From Verrucomicrobiota bacterium (lineage in GTDB: Bacteria > Verrucomicrobiota > Verrucomicrobiia > Chthoniobacterales > JACTMZ01): a stretch of DNA of 64,000 nt. A program made the translations under genes and the position numbers. The stretch covers positions 90 through 64,089 of the forward strand of contig JACTMZ010000103.1 in the NCBI GenBank assembly GCA_014584375.1, read 5' to 3'. This document shows, in pieces, positions 28,665 through 37,370 of the stretch. The notes beneath the pieces were generated by a model. It ran no database searches. It was not told the origin of the DNA and saw only the letters and a list, made by a program, of their open reading frames with translations. Each line of letters starts with the position of its first letter. Positions within the stretch are counted from its first letter, which is position 1.

Positions 28665-30632
28665 ATGTCCATGGACAAATTGTTTGCGGCTCTGGAAAAG
28701 GGCGAGCAGTGCGGGGGGCTTTTAAAGTCATCCCGTGAAAATATTGTGGCGCTCCTGGCTGCGCATCCGCGCGATTACGAGGTTGCCAGCGTGCAGGAAC
28801 TGACGGAGGCCGCAAATTTGGAGGAACTCAACAATCGCTTTTTCCGCACCCTGGCCTTCGGAACGGGCGGCTTGCGCGGCAAGACGATCAGTGGGGTCGT
28901 GACGAATGCCGAGCGCGGAACGCCGCAGGCGATGGAGCGTCCGGAGTTTCCCTGCACGGGCTCCAATGCGATGAATTATTTCAACATCAGCCGCGCCACG
29001 CAGGGGCTTGTCGCCTATGTGAAAAAATGGGCGCTCCGGGAAAATCTGCCCCATCGCCCACGGATTTGCGTCGGCTATGACACCCGGTTTTTCTCGCGTG
29101 AATTTGCGGATCTCGCAGCGCGGGTCATTACCGATCTCGGCTGCGACGCCCTTGTTTTCGATGAACCGCGTCCGACGCCGGAGATGAGTTTTGCCGTGCG
29201 TCAGCGTGCGGCCCAGGCCGGAATCAACATCACGGCCAGTCACAATCCGCCGGCTTACAATGGCTACAAGGCTTATTTCAACGATGGTGGGCAGGTCATT
29301 GAACCGCATGCCTCCGGCATTATTGCGGAGGTCAATGCGATCAAGAGCGCGCATTATGAGCCTCTGCCCGAGTCGGAACGCGGCGCACGCGAATCTCTCG
29401 GCACGGAAATGGACGAGGCCTATCTGAACCGCCTGGAAACCGTCGTGCTGGATCCTTCCGTCGCGGAGCGCGCGAAGGGACTCAAAATTGTCTATTCCCC
29501 ATTGCATGGCGTCGGCGCCTCCATTGTCATGCCACTGCTGACACGCCTCGGATTCGACGTGACACCCGTCGCCGCGCAGCTCGTGCCGGACAGTCGTTTT
29601 CCCACGGTTAAGTCGCCGAATCCCGAATATGCCGAGGCGCTGACCCTTGGCATGAAACTGGCGGACGAAATTGGCGCGGATCTCGTCATGGCCACCGATC
29701 CGGATGACGACCGCATGGGTGTCGCCGTGCGTGACAGGGCGGGGGGGATGAGTCTGCTCACGGGAAATCAAATCGGCTCGATGCTGGCGTTTTACCGGGC
29801 GCAGCGTTTGTTTGACTCGGGGATTTTGAACGAAGCCAACAAGTCCCGGGGGGTCATCATCAAGACCTATGTGACCACCGATTTGCAAAAGGCCGTCGCA
29901 GAGCATTTCGGTCTCCGCTGCGTGGAAACGCTCACTGGATTCAAATACAATGCGGAAAAGCTGCGCAAATACGAGGAAGCGGTTCCGGCGGATTTGCGCG
30001 CGAATTATCCGCATCTCCCCGAAGATGTGACGCGCCGCCTGCGCCTGGAGCATTCTTCGCTTCTCATCATGGGTGGGGAGGAAAGCTACGGTTACACGCT
30101 GGCGGATTTTGCGCACGACAAGGACGCCAATGCGGCCGTGGCCGGCTTCGCCGAAGTCGTGGCCGCCGCACGTCTGCGCGGGCTTACCCCCGTGGAATAC
30201 CTTGACGAAATTTTCTCAATCCTCGGTGTTTACCTCGAACGCGGTGAGTCGCTCGTGTTTGAAGGTGCTGAGGGCGCGGCGCTCATTGCCAGCCTGGCTG
30301 ATTCGTATGCAAAAAATCCGCCTGCCGAAATGGACGGCTCTCCGGTTGTCAAAATGGAAAATTTCGCAACCGATGCCATTTTTGATGTCGAAGGGGATCG
30401 CATTCCGCCCGAGGGGATGATTATTTTCAGCCTGGCGGACGGACGCCGTGCCGCCGTGCGTCCGAGCGGGACGGAGCCCAAGATCAAGTTTTACATGTTC
30501 GGCGTGGAAAAACCTCCGGGGCGTCCGTTTGTTCCCGGGGAACTCGCCGCCGCACGAGAGCGTGTGGGAGCCGGACTCGACAGCTTGTGGAATTGGCTGC
30601 GCTCCGACCTTGACCGGCGGATAAAATCCTGA
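28665..30632 (+). CDS. alpha-D-phosphohexomutase (phosphoglucomutase/phosphomannomutase family)
   Basis: Active-site TASHNPPAYNGYK, metal loop ATDPDDDR and sugar loop GGEESYG. I moved the start to the ATG at 28665 (MSMDKLF...). The ORF-track 5' extension (28122-) runs antisense through the TPR gene. Confidence 0.9.
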   Translation: MSMDKLFAALEKGEQCGGLLKSSRENIVALLAAHPRDYEVASVQELTEAANLEELNNRFFRTLAFGTGGLRGKTISGVVTNAERGTPQAMERPEFPCTGSNAMNYFNISRATQGLVAYVKKWALRENLPHRPRICVGYDTRFFSREFADLAARVITDLGCDALVFDEPRPTPEMSFAVRQRAAQAGINITASHNPPAYNGYKAYFNDGGQVIEPHASGIIAEVNAIKSAHYEPLPESERGARESLGTEMDEAYLNRLETVVLDPSVAERAKGLKIVYSPLHGVGASIVMPLLTRLGFDVTPVAAQLVPDSRFPTVKSPNPEYAEALTLGMKLADEIGADLVMATDPDDDRMGVAVRDRAGGMSLLTGNQIGSMLAFYRAQRLFDSGILNEANKSRGVIIKTYVTTDLQKAVAEHFGLRCVETLTGFKYNAEKLRKYEEAVPADLRANYPHLPEDVTRRLRLEHSSLLIMGGEESYGYTLADFAHDKDANAAVAGFAEVVAAARLRGLTPVEYLDEIFSILGVYLERGESLVFEGAEGAALIASLADSYAKNPPAEMDGSPVVKMENFATDAIFDVEGDRIPPEGMIIFSLADGRRAAVRPSGTEPKIKFYMFGVEKPPGRPFVPGELAAARERVGAGLDSLWNWLRSDLDRRIKS

Positions 30633-30641
30633 TCCAGAACG

Positions 30642-32267
30642 ATGAAAAGTTTTTTGCAGTTTCTGGTTTTCATCCTGGCGATCACGCTGGCTTTGGCCGG
30701 GTTGTATGCGTGGAAAAGCGGCTATTTCAACCGCGCCGCATCACCGCCTTCCCTGGAATCCCATGCCCCGCCGTCCGTGGCCAAGCCGGTGATCCCGCCG
30801 GGACGAATTCCGGGGCTTGCGGCTTTGGATGAGGAATTTGGACGCGTGGCTGGCGCGGTGGTTCCATCGGTCGTCAGCATCACTGCGCCGCGCGGGGACA
30901 GGATTGACCCGAGGGAGGAAATACTCCGCCAGTTTTTTGGCATGGGGCGTCCGCCGCAGCATGACGGGACAATGGCGCAGGGGTCGGGAGTGATTGTTTC
31001 GGAGCAGGGGCATATTGTGACCAATCTCCATGTGATTGAAGGTGCCTCGGAGGCGTCGGTGAGTCTTGCTGATGGACGTCGTTTTTCCGCAAAGCTGCTT
31101 GGAGCTGATCCCCGCACGGATTTGGCGATTTTGAAAATTGACGCAAACGGACTTCAACCGCTCGGATTTGCGGATTCGGAAAAGGTGCGTGTCGGGCAGC
31201 TTGTTTTCGCCGTGGGCAATCCCTTCGGCCTCCAGGAATCCGTCACCCAGGGCATTATTAGCGCACGCGAACGCCTTTTTTCCAGCGAGTCGGTGAATGA
31301 GTTTTTCCAGACGGATGCGCCGATCAACCCCGGGAATTCCGGTGGCCCCCTGGTCAACATCCGGGGGGAAATTGTGGGCATCAACAACTTCATTTTCTCG
31401 CAATCCGGCGGGAGCATGGGCATCGGCTTTGCAATTCCCGCCAACACCGTGCGCCGCGTGTTTGAACAAATTGTTCAGCATGGCCGCGTCCTGCGTCCGT
31501 ATTTCGGCGTTTTCTTGCAGCCGCTGACCGCAGAAACGGCGGTTCGGGTTGGGGCGGCCCCCGATGCGCGCGGTGCTTTGGTCGCGGGTGTCGAATCCGG
31601 TTCTCCGGCGGCAGCGGCGAATATTCAGCCGGGCGATGTTATTCAAAAATTTGACGGACGCGAAATTCGAGATTTCAACGATTTGCGCAAGCGGGTTGCG
31701 GAGGCGAGTCTGGGAACGGAGGTTCGCGTCTCGCTTTTGCGGGGCGGAAAAACCCTCGAAGTTCCCGTGCGGATCCGGGAAATGTCTGCGGATGGTGCAG
31801 CGTTTTCCGCGCCCGATCCCGGTGGAACGCCGAATAATCCCGCCGCGGGCAATGTGTTTGCCGGCGTGTCGGTGCGCGAGATCACTCCCGTCTTGGCTAC
31901 AAAATTTCGTCTGCCCTCAGCCATCGAGGGCGTGCTGATCCAAGCCGTGGAACCGGGGACATCCGCCGCCTCCGTCCTGCGCCCAGGTGACGTGATTGAG
32001 CAAATCAATGATACGCCGATTTCCTCGCCGGCGAATTTTTTGCAGACCGCCGCCGCGCTGCCTCCGGGCGAAAAAGCCGTCGTCCTGATCGCCCGCGGCC
32101 CCGTACGAACCTTCGAAGTCGTCGGCCCAAACACCGCAAAAGGGCACCGCATGGCCCCCGATGGCAAGGCGTCGCCGGTCATGATATCGCCGGAGTTTTC
32201 CCTATTTCCGCACGCCTTGTTTTTAGCTTGGCGAGGGGCTTGGTTTATCCTTGTCAGCTTCTTATAG
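30642..32267 (+). CDS. htrA: HtrA/DegP-family serine protease with two PDZ domains
   Basis: N-terminal TM helix. The catalytic triad contexts are TNLHV, DLAILKI and GNSGGPLVN, followed by two PDZ-like regions. The last ~45 aa look non-homologous and overlap the convergent methyltransferase gene. Confidence 0.9.
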   Translation: MKSFLQFLVFILAITLALAGLYAWKSGYFNRAASPPSLESHAPPSVAKPVIPPGRIPGLAALDEEFGRVAGAVVPSVVSITAPRGDRIDPREEILRQFFGMGRPPQHDGTMAQGSGVIVSEQGHIVTNLHVIEGASEASVSLADGRRFSAKLLGADPRTDLAILKIDANGLQPLGFADSEKVRVGQLVFAVGNPFGLQESVTQGIISARERLFSSESVNEFFQTDAPINPGNSGGPLVNIRGEIVGINNFIFSQSGGSMGIGFAIPANTVRRVFEQIVQHGRVLRPYFGVFLQPLTAETAVRVGAAPDARGALVAGVESGSPAAAANIQPGDVIQKFDGREIRDFNDLRKRVAEASLGTEVRVSLLRGGKTLEVPVRIREMSADGAAFSAPDPGGTPNNPAAGNVFAGVSVREITPVLATKFRLPSAIEGVLIQAVEPGTSAASVLRPGDVIEQINDTPISSPANFLQTAAALPPGEKAVVLIARGPVRTFEVVGPNTAKGHRMAPDGKASPVMISPEFSLFPHALFLAWRGAWFILVSFL

Positions 32268-35200
32268 GAGCGAGCTTGCCGGTGCGCAGCAGGGTGCGGA
32301 AGGTGTCCAGGGTTTCGGTCTTCATGGCTTCGTCCACGAGCGGGAAGGTGGCGAGGATGTGGGCGAATTCCTCCTCGGTCAGGTCGTAGAGCCGGGCGAC
32401 GAGGGCATCGAGTTCGGCGCGCAGGCGGCGGCGGGCGGCCTCGTCCCGAACGCCGTGGGTTTTGTGGGTGGCCTTCGGGCCGAAAATTTCCCGCAGCAGG
32501 TCGTCAAACTCCGCGCTCGTCCCCACCAGCCGCGCCGCACGCTCGACCAGCGGACGAAACGCCGCGTCGGCGGCGGTCAGGCGCGGGATGGGGAGCTGGT
32601 ATACCATAAACATGGAGATACTTGTCGTGACTCGTTTTCTAATGCACCAATCCACCGTAAAACTGTTCATCACCGCGCATAAGAACAAAGGTTCTGCCGC
32701 ACACGAAAAGCAATGCAGGTCGGACAGCATGAGTTTGTGGTTTGCAAACACGTTTCTCGGTAGGATCGTGGCAAGCATCGTTCGTTCATTCGTGTTGCTC
32801 GCGATTTCTCTGAATGCGAACCGATAGCGTGTCGAATGAAGTCGCTTGTCTTCAGATGTTGTCAGACCAAGGCGAGCATATCCATCATCCGAGGACACCC
32901 AATACTTGGCATTAGCGAAATCAGAACAGAACTGATGAATCATCTTTCCCTCGAATAACCTGAATGCACTTCGTTCCGAACTAGCTAAGAAAAGATCGCT
33001 GTCATTAGTCATATGCAGCTCATTCGTGAGCTTGAGTTTCCAGCGGCCATCGACGGTTCTTCCAAGCAGGGGATTCCGAAGTAGTTTGTCGAATATCTCT
33101 ATGTCAGCTTGGGAGTGAAATTCGAGAAGAGAAAGCGAGTCTGGTGATAGTTTCTCGATCAGGGCGCGGGAGAGGCGCAGCGGGGCGGCTTCCGGAAAGC
33201 TGGCGAGTTCCGGCGGGTCGTGCCGCATGAAGGCGACGGGAAACTCGGAGGTGACGCCGCCTTTTTCGAAGGAAAGGACGACGAATTTGAAACGCGAGTC
33301 CACGCCTTCGAAGATGGCTTTGCGATTTTCGAACCCGAAGAGTCCGGTGAGGCGGGTGCGGTCGAAGAGCATGAGCCGGAGCTGCTTGGTGCCGAGGTCG
33401 GTGTAGATGCCGCTGGGGATGACGATGCCGCAGCGTCCGCCCGCGCCGAGGAGGTTGACGCATTGTTCGGTGAAGAGCTTGTAGAGGTTGATGTCGCTGC
33501 CGGCCTTGCGCCCGTTTACGATGCTGATCTGATTCTCGAACTGCGGGGCGGCGCGGAACCATTCGCTGACATGCGGGAAGCCGGAGAGGTAGCCGAGCCA
33601 GGCCGTGTGGATTTCCGGGTCGCAGAGGAGGCTGGCTTTCTCGTCCTCGAAGTCCTCGATGCGCATGGTGTTCTTGGTGACCAGCTCGCTGTGCTGCTGG
33701 AAGAACTCCTTGCTGTTCGGCTTGAAGATTTCCCACGGCGGATTGGTGATGATGGCGTCGAAGCCGCCGCGGGTGATGAGGATGTCGTCGAATTCGTAGG
33801 CCCAGTGGAAGGGGTGGAGGGCGCGGATGTCGTCGAGGGTGAGGGCGCGCTTCTCGGGTTTGCCTTCCTTTTTTTTTGCGGCATCCCAAGTGGCTTGTTG
33901 AAACTTGATGCCGAGGCGGTGGAATTCATCGAGCAGGAGCTTGTCGAGCACGAGGCGGGCGGCGGCTTTTTGCTCCTCGATGCTGCGGCGGAGGGTGACG
34001 AGGGCGTCGCTCTCCTTTGCGCCGCTGCCGATGAGGCTGGGAGCCTCCTTGTAGAGGGTGATGAGGCGGTTTTTCACGGCGAGGAGTTCGGCGTATTTCG
34101 CGGCGCGGACGGTGGCGAGGTGGGCAGCGATGGTTTCGGCACGCTTCGGAGCGGTGGTGGACTCGATGGTGAAGCCGAGATCGCCCTCCGTGGGCTCGTG
34201 GACAAGGGTGAGGCGCTGTTGTTGGCGTCCGGATTTCGGATTGGATGCGTCAAAGGCGGTGGCATCCACGTGGAGGAGGCCGATGAGGGAATTGCCGGAG
34301 AGGATGTTGAACTCGATGTTCGGGAGGGGTTCGAGCTGGTCGCGGTGCTCGGCGGAGGCGACGAGGGAGAGGAAGAGGCGGAGTTTGGCGATCTCGGTGG
34401 CTTCCTCCATGAGGTCCACGCCGAAAAGGTTTTCGGTGACGATTTTCTTTTTCAGCCAGTAAGCGAGCGGGGCCTTGTGGGCTTTTTTCTCGCGCTGGAT
34501 CCAGTCGAGCACGGGCTTATGGGCGAGGGCTTCGCAGCGGCCGAGCAGGGCGGTGTAGAGATTGAGCAGGGTTTTCTGCGCGGCAACAAGGAAGGCACCG
34601 GAGCCGCAGGCGGGATCGAGCAGGGAGAGGCTCGGGAGGATGTCGTGGAGGAGGCGGGCGCAGAGCGGGCCGTCGGCGTGGAAGAGGAGGTCGTCGAGGC
34701 CGGTGAAGAGGCGGGGCGCGGGGAAGGATTTGGGATTCTGCCGGTGGAGTTTCTCTGCGGCGGCGTGGCCGGCATTGGCGCGGTCGAGCACGAGCTGGTG
34801 GATGGTCTGCTCACAGAGGTATTCGGTGATTTCGGGCCGGGTGTAGTAGGCGCCGAATTCCTTCTGGTTGATGTATTTTTCGAAGATGTAGCCGAGCACG
34901 TCGGGATTGATCTCGCGGTCATCGCCGCCGGGGGTGTCATTGAGGCTCCAGGTGTAGCGGCGGAAGAGGGTGAAGAGATCGGCAAAGGCGGCGTCGGGGA
35001 TTTCGATTTTCGCGTAGGCGGCGGTGAGGAGGCCATCGCCCTCGATGCGCTGCTCGATGCCGTGGGGCAGGAAGAGTCCGCCGTTGAGATACGGGATGTC
35101 GCCAAGCGGGACGGAGCCGACGGGCTGGCGCTTGGCGGCGGGCTTGGCGAAGCCTTCGAAGAAGAGGTCGCGCAGGGTGTGGGAGAAGAAGCGGTTTTCC

Positions 35201-35925
35201 CCGGACTTGCCGGAGGCTGCGAGCAGGGCGGGCAGGTAGTCGCGGTTGCCACCGTCGAGGAAGCCTTTTTCCTGCATGAACCAGACGAACATGAGGCGGT
35301 TGAGCAGGACGGAGGCATACCAGCGGCGCTCGCGGGGGTCGGGGATGCCGTGAATGAGGTCGAGCAGCTTGAGATGTTCGTTCTGAAAATCGCGGAAAAA
35401 CTGCTTGGTGACGGTCTCCACATCGAGGGCGCGCTGGACGCGAGTGGCGGTCTCGGTGAGCGAAAAGTGGCCGTCTTCGTCCAGCTCGGAAATGTCCACA
35501 AACAGGGCGGAGAGTTTGGAGAGAAACAGGTCGCCGGGCTGGCCACGCAGGTAGTGGTGGCGGCGGGGGATGCGCATTTTCCCGCCCTGCTCGCGGCGCA
35601 CCCAATACCAAAGGGAGCGGGTGCGCTGGGGATCGAGGAAGATGAGGATGTTTTCGTGACTGATGGCGGTGACCTGCTTCCATGCGGCGGCCTGCTGCGC
35701 GGCATCCGGGAGCTGGCCGTCGGCGGCCACCGCCTCAAACACCCGGCAGCCGGCAAGCTGGGCGATCTCGGTGAGGGTGAAGTCGGCGGACGGGTTGCCA
35801 GCGGTGAGGACGGCGGTTTTTTTCGACGCAGGCGGCTCCCAGCCGAGTTCTTCGATGAAGAGCTTGTGGAAGGCGAATGCTTGGAGGTGCTGGCGGGCAC
35901 GGGTGGTGTTGAGGCGGGTGGACAT
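32254..35925 (-). CDS. large gamma-class N6-adenine DNA methyltransferase with fused C-terminal TaqI_C-like target-recognition domain (Eco57I/type IIG-like, COG1002-type)
   Basis: 1223 aa. Motifs: GAYYTRPEI (aa ~358-366); motif I LLDPACGSGAF (DPACGSG = 34597-34617, verified by back-translation); CGNSL-like ILSGNSLIG; HPFHWAYEF...GGFDAIITNPPW with NPPW at 33733-33744 (verified). The helical region LLNRLMFVWFMQEKGFLD is typical of type IIG/ISP-like enzymes. C-terminal EGKMIHQF...RFAFREIASNTNERTMLATILP is the specificity-domain pattern. Confidence 0.9.
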   Translation of the reverse strand: MSTRLNTTRARQHLQAFAFHKLFIEELGWEPPASKKTAVLTAGNPSADFTLTEIAQLAGCRVFEAVAADGQLPDAAQQAAAWKQVTAISHENILIFLDPQRTRSLWYWVRREQGGKMRIPRRHHYLRGQPGDLFLSKLSALFVDISELDEDGHFSLTETATRVQRALDVETVTKQFFRDFQNEHLKLLDLIHGIPDPRERRWYASVLLNRLMFVWFMQEKGFLDGGNRDYLPALLAASGKSGENRFFSHTLRDLFFEGFAKPAAKRQPVGSVPLGDIPYLNGGLFLPHGIEQRIEGDGLLTAAYAKIEIPDAAFADLFTLFRRYTWSLNDTPGGDDREINPDVLGYIFEKYINQKEFGAYYTRPEITEYLCEQTIHQLVLDRANAGHAAAEKLHRQNPKSFPAPRLFTGLDDLLFHADGPLCARLLHDILPSLSLLDPACGSGAFLVAAQKTLLNLYTALLGRCEALAHKPVLDWIQREKKAHKAPLAYWLKKKIVTENLFGVDLMEEATEIAKLRLFLSLVASAEHRDQLEPLPNIEFNILSGNSLIGLLHVDATAFDASNPKSGRQQQRLTLVHEPTEGDLGFTIESTTAPKRAETIAAHLATVRAAKYAELLAVKNRLITLYKEAPSLIGSGAKESDALVTLRRSIEEQKAAARLVLDKLLLDEFHRLGIKFQQATWDAAKKKEGKPEKRALTLDDIRALHPFHWAYEFDDILITRGGFDAIITNPPWEIFKPNSKEFFQQHSELVTKNTMRIEDFEDEKASLLCDPEIHTAWLGYLSGFPHVSEWFRAAPQFENQISIVNGRKAGSDINLYKLFTEQCVNLLGAGGRCGIVIPSGIYTDLGTKQLRLMLFDRTRLTGLFGFENRKAIFEGVDSRFKFVVLSFEKGGVTSEFPVAFMRHDPPELASFPEAAPLRLSRALIEKLSPDSLSLLEFHSQADIEIFDKLLRNPLLGRTVDGRWKLKLTNELHMTNDSDLFLASSERSAFRLFEGKMIHQFCSDFANAKYWVSSDDGYARLGLTTSEDKRLHSTRYRFAFREIASNTNERTMLATILPRNVFANHKLMLSDLHCFSCAAEPLFLCAVMNSFTVDWCIRKRVTTSISMFMVYQLPIPRLTAADAAFRPLVERAARLVGTSAEFDDLLREIFGPKATHKTHGVRDEAARRRLRAELDALVARLYDLTEEEFAHILATFPLVDEAMKTETLDTFRTLLRTGKLAPIRS

Positions 35926-35930
35926 GAGGA

Positions 35931-35961
35931 AAGGGTGAAGGATGAATTATGAAGGGTGAAG
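35931..35961 (-). promoter_or_regulatory. two copies of a 10-nt direct repeat, 21 nt apart, in the 47-nt gap just upstream of the methyltransferase start
   Basis: The plus strand reads AAGGGTGAAG at 35931-35940 and again at 35952-35961 (CTTCACCCTT on the coding strand). The spacing is two helical turns. A regulatory role is speculative. Confidence 0.3.
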
Positions 35962-35972
35962 AGTGGCCGAGG

Positions 35973-37352
35973 TTAGACGCGGCCTTTGGGGGTGAGGCGG
36001 TATTTTTGCAGGCGGCTGTTGGGTTTATCGGGCCGTGTCGGCACGATGAGTCCGGCTTCCAAAGCCGGGAGCAAATAGGCTTTGCGGAAGTGTTCCCGAT
36101 CAGTCAGCCCGAGTTTATCCTGTAACTCCTGTCGGGTGTGTTCACCTGTGAAAGCACCCAAAAGCTGTTGGACTTGCGGGGTGACTTGCGGGGTAACTTG
36201 CGGGGTGACTGGTTCAGGCACTTTCACCGCCTTGAGGTATTCCGGCGCAAAGCGGAACTCGACGGTGAGGCCGGTGCCATCGAAGCTGAGCGCGGGTCTG
36301 GGGGTGCCAGCTTCCTTGCAGGCGGAAAAGATGCGTTCGATGCCACGGCCCCAGGTCTCGATCTCCCCGGAACGAAAGAAGACGTGAGCGATGGAGGGGT
36401 TGAACGGTGTCGAAGAGTGTGTCCCGAGAAGCGTTTTCACGGTCCAGCCATCTGGGAGGACGGCGGGATTCCAGATGCGGAGGCGGTCTTCATACACGCG
36501 GATCTGCACGGGCGCGCCGATGGCGTAGTCGCGATGGACGAGCGCATTGAGCACGGCCTCGCGCAGGGCGGCATCCGGCACGGGGTAGCGCTCGATGCGC
36601 TGGAGGCCCTGATAGGTGATGGCGGCTTTGAGATACTTGGTGCGGACAAGATCAATGGTCTTTGCGGCCTGAGTGAAGAGGTCGCCTTGGATCAGGTCAT
36701 GGTAGGCGAGGTCGGATTCGGAACGGAAGAAACCGATTTTTACGAAGGTTCCGGCGACGTAGCGCCCGGGATCTGCATGAAAAAGGAGCACGGCGGCGCG
36801 GCGGAGGTAAGTGCCCTCGGTGAGCTGGAGTCTTTCCACAAGGGAGATCTTCGATGAGCGCAGGTCCGCCGGATCGAGCCGTCCGCTGCTGCGGGCGAGA
36901 TTGCGAAACTGGCTGATGGCAGCGGTGGAGAGATCGGTAACTTTGACACCCGGCATGGGCACGGCATCCCAGGTGCGACCATGCTTGCGGAGGAGAAAGC
37001 GGTCCAGCGCGACCCCTTTCTGCTCCTGGAGCGTGCTGCCGCTGCGGGTGGAATAATGCCCGCGATAGCTGATGGGGTTTGGGTAGGGCGGGACGATGAT
37101 TTCGAGGAAGTCGCCGCCGTTTTCCTGACGGAGATTTACCTCGGCGACGATGCCGAGCACATCGCGGACTTTATTCGGCAGCTCTTCGAGAAGCTTGGCG
37201 GCATCCGGCAGACCGATGACGACGCCTTGATCATCCCTGCCGATGTGCAAGGCACCGCCCCCGGCATTGGCAAAGCCGCAGAGCCAGCGTAAATTCTCAT
37301 CCCGCCAGGTTTCCTTCCATTCAAGGTGCTGGTGTTCTTTCATGGGGAGCAT
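35973..37352 (-). CDS. AlbA_2 (Schlafen-like, formerly divergent AAA_4) + HATPase_c_4 (RecG-C-like) + C-terminal winged-helix protein
   Basis: N-terminal EHQHLEWKETW (the E..LEfK start of AlbA_2). Central REAVLNALVHRDYAIGAPVQIRVYEDRLRIWNPAVLP...TPFNPSIAHVFFRSGEIETWGRGIERI (HATPase_c_4 pattern). A (TPQV)3 linker, then ELQDKLGL.DREHFRKAYLLPALEAGLI...PDKPNSRLQKYRLTPKG (wHTH tail). An alternative start exists at 37343. Confidence 0.8.
   Translation of the reverse strand: MLPMKEHQHLEWKETWRDENLRWLCGFANAGGGALHIGRDDQGVVIGLPDAAKLLEELPNKVRDVLGIVAEVNLRQENGGDFLEIIVPPYPNPISYRGHYSTRSGSTLQEQKGVALDRFLLRKHGRTWDAVPMPGVKVTDLSTAAISQFRNLARSSGRLDPADLRSSKISLVERLQLTEGTYLRRAAVLLFHADPGRYVAGTFVKIGFFRSESDLAYHDLIQGDLFTQAAKTIDLVRTKYLKAAITYQGLQRIERYPVPDAALREAVLNALVHRDYAIGAPVQIRVYEDRLRIWNPAVLPDGWTVKTLLGTHSSTPFNPSIAHVFFRSGEIETWGRGIERIFSACKEAGTPRPALSFDGTGLTVEFRFAPEYLKAVKVPEPVTPQVTPQVTPQVQQLLGAFTGEHTRQELQDKLGLTDREHFRKAYLLPALEAGLIVPTRPDKPNSRLQKYRLTPKGRV
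36172..36211 (-). repeat. 12-bp tandem repeat, about 3.3 copies, encoding (TPQV)3
   Basis: The plus strand reads ACTTGCGGGGTG / ACTTGCGGGGTA / ACTTGCGGGGTG / ACTG. The reverse complement translates to PVTPQVTPQVTPQV, inside the AlbA_2-family gene. Confidence 0.9.
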
Positions 37353-37370
37353 CGGAGTGGATGGCGCGTT

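Noticed and set aside
28728-30116. A 462-aa minus-strand ORF.
   Set aside because: It is antisense to the phosphohexomutase gene (TASHNP active site on the plus strand). The composition is arginine-rich and nonsensical.
33220-35952. A 910-aa stop-free ORF on the plus strand, the third-longest ORF in the window.
   Set aside because: It lies exactly antisense to the methyltransferase gene. Its product is low-complexity (G/E/A/V-rich) with no motifs, while the minus-strand frame carries verified methyltransferase motifs. This is a shadow ORF caused by high GC3. It ends where the low-GC TRD patch begins.
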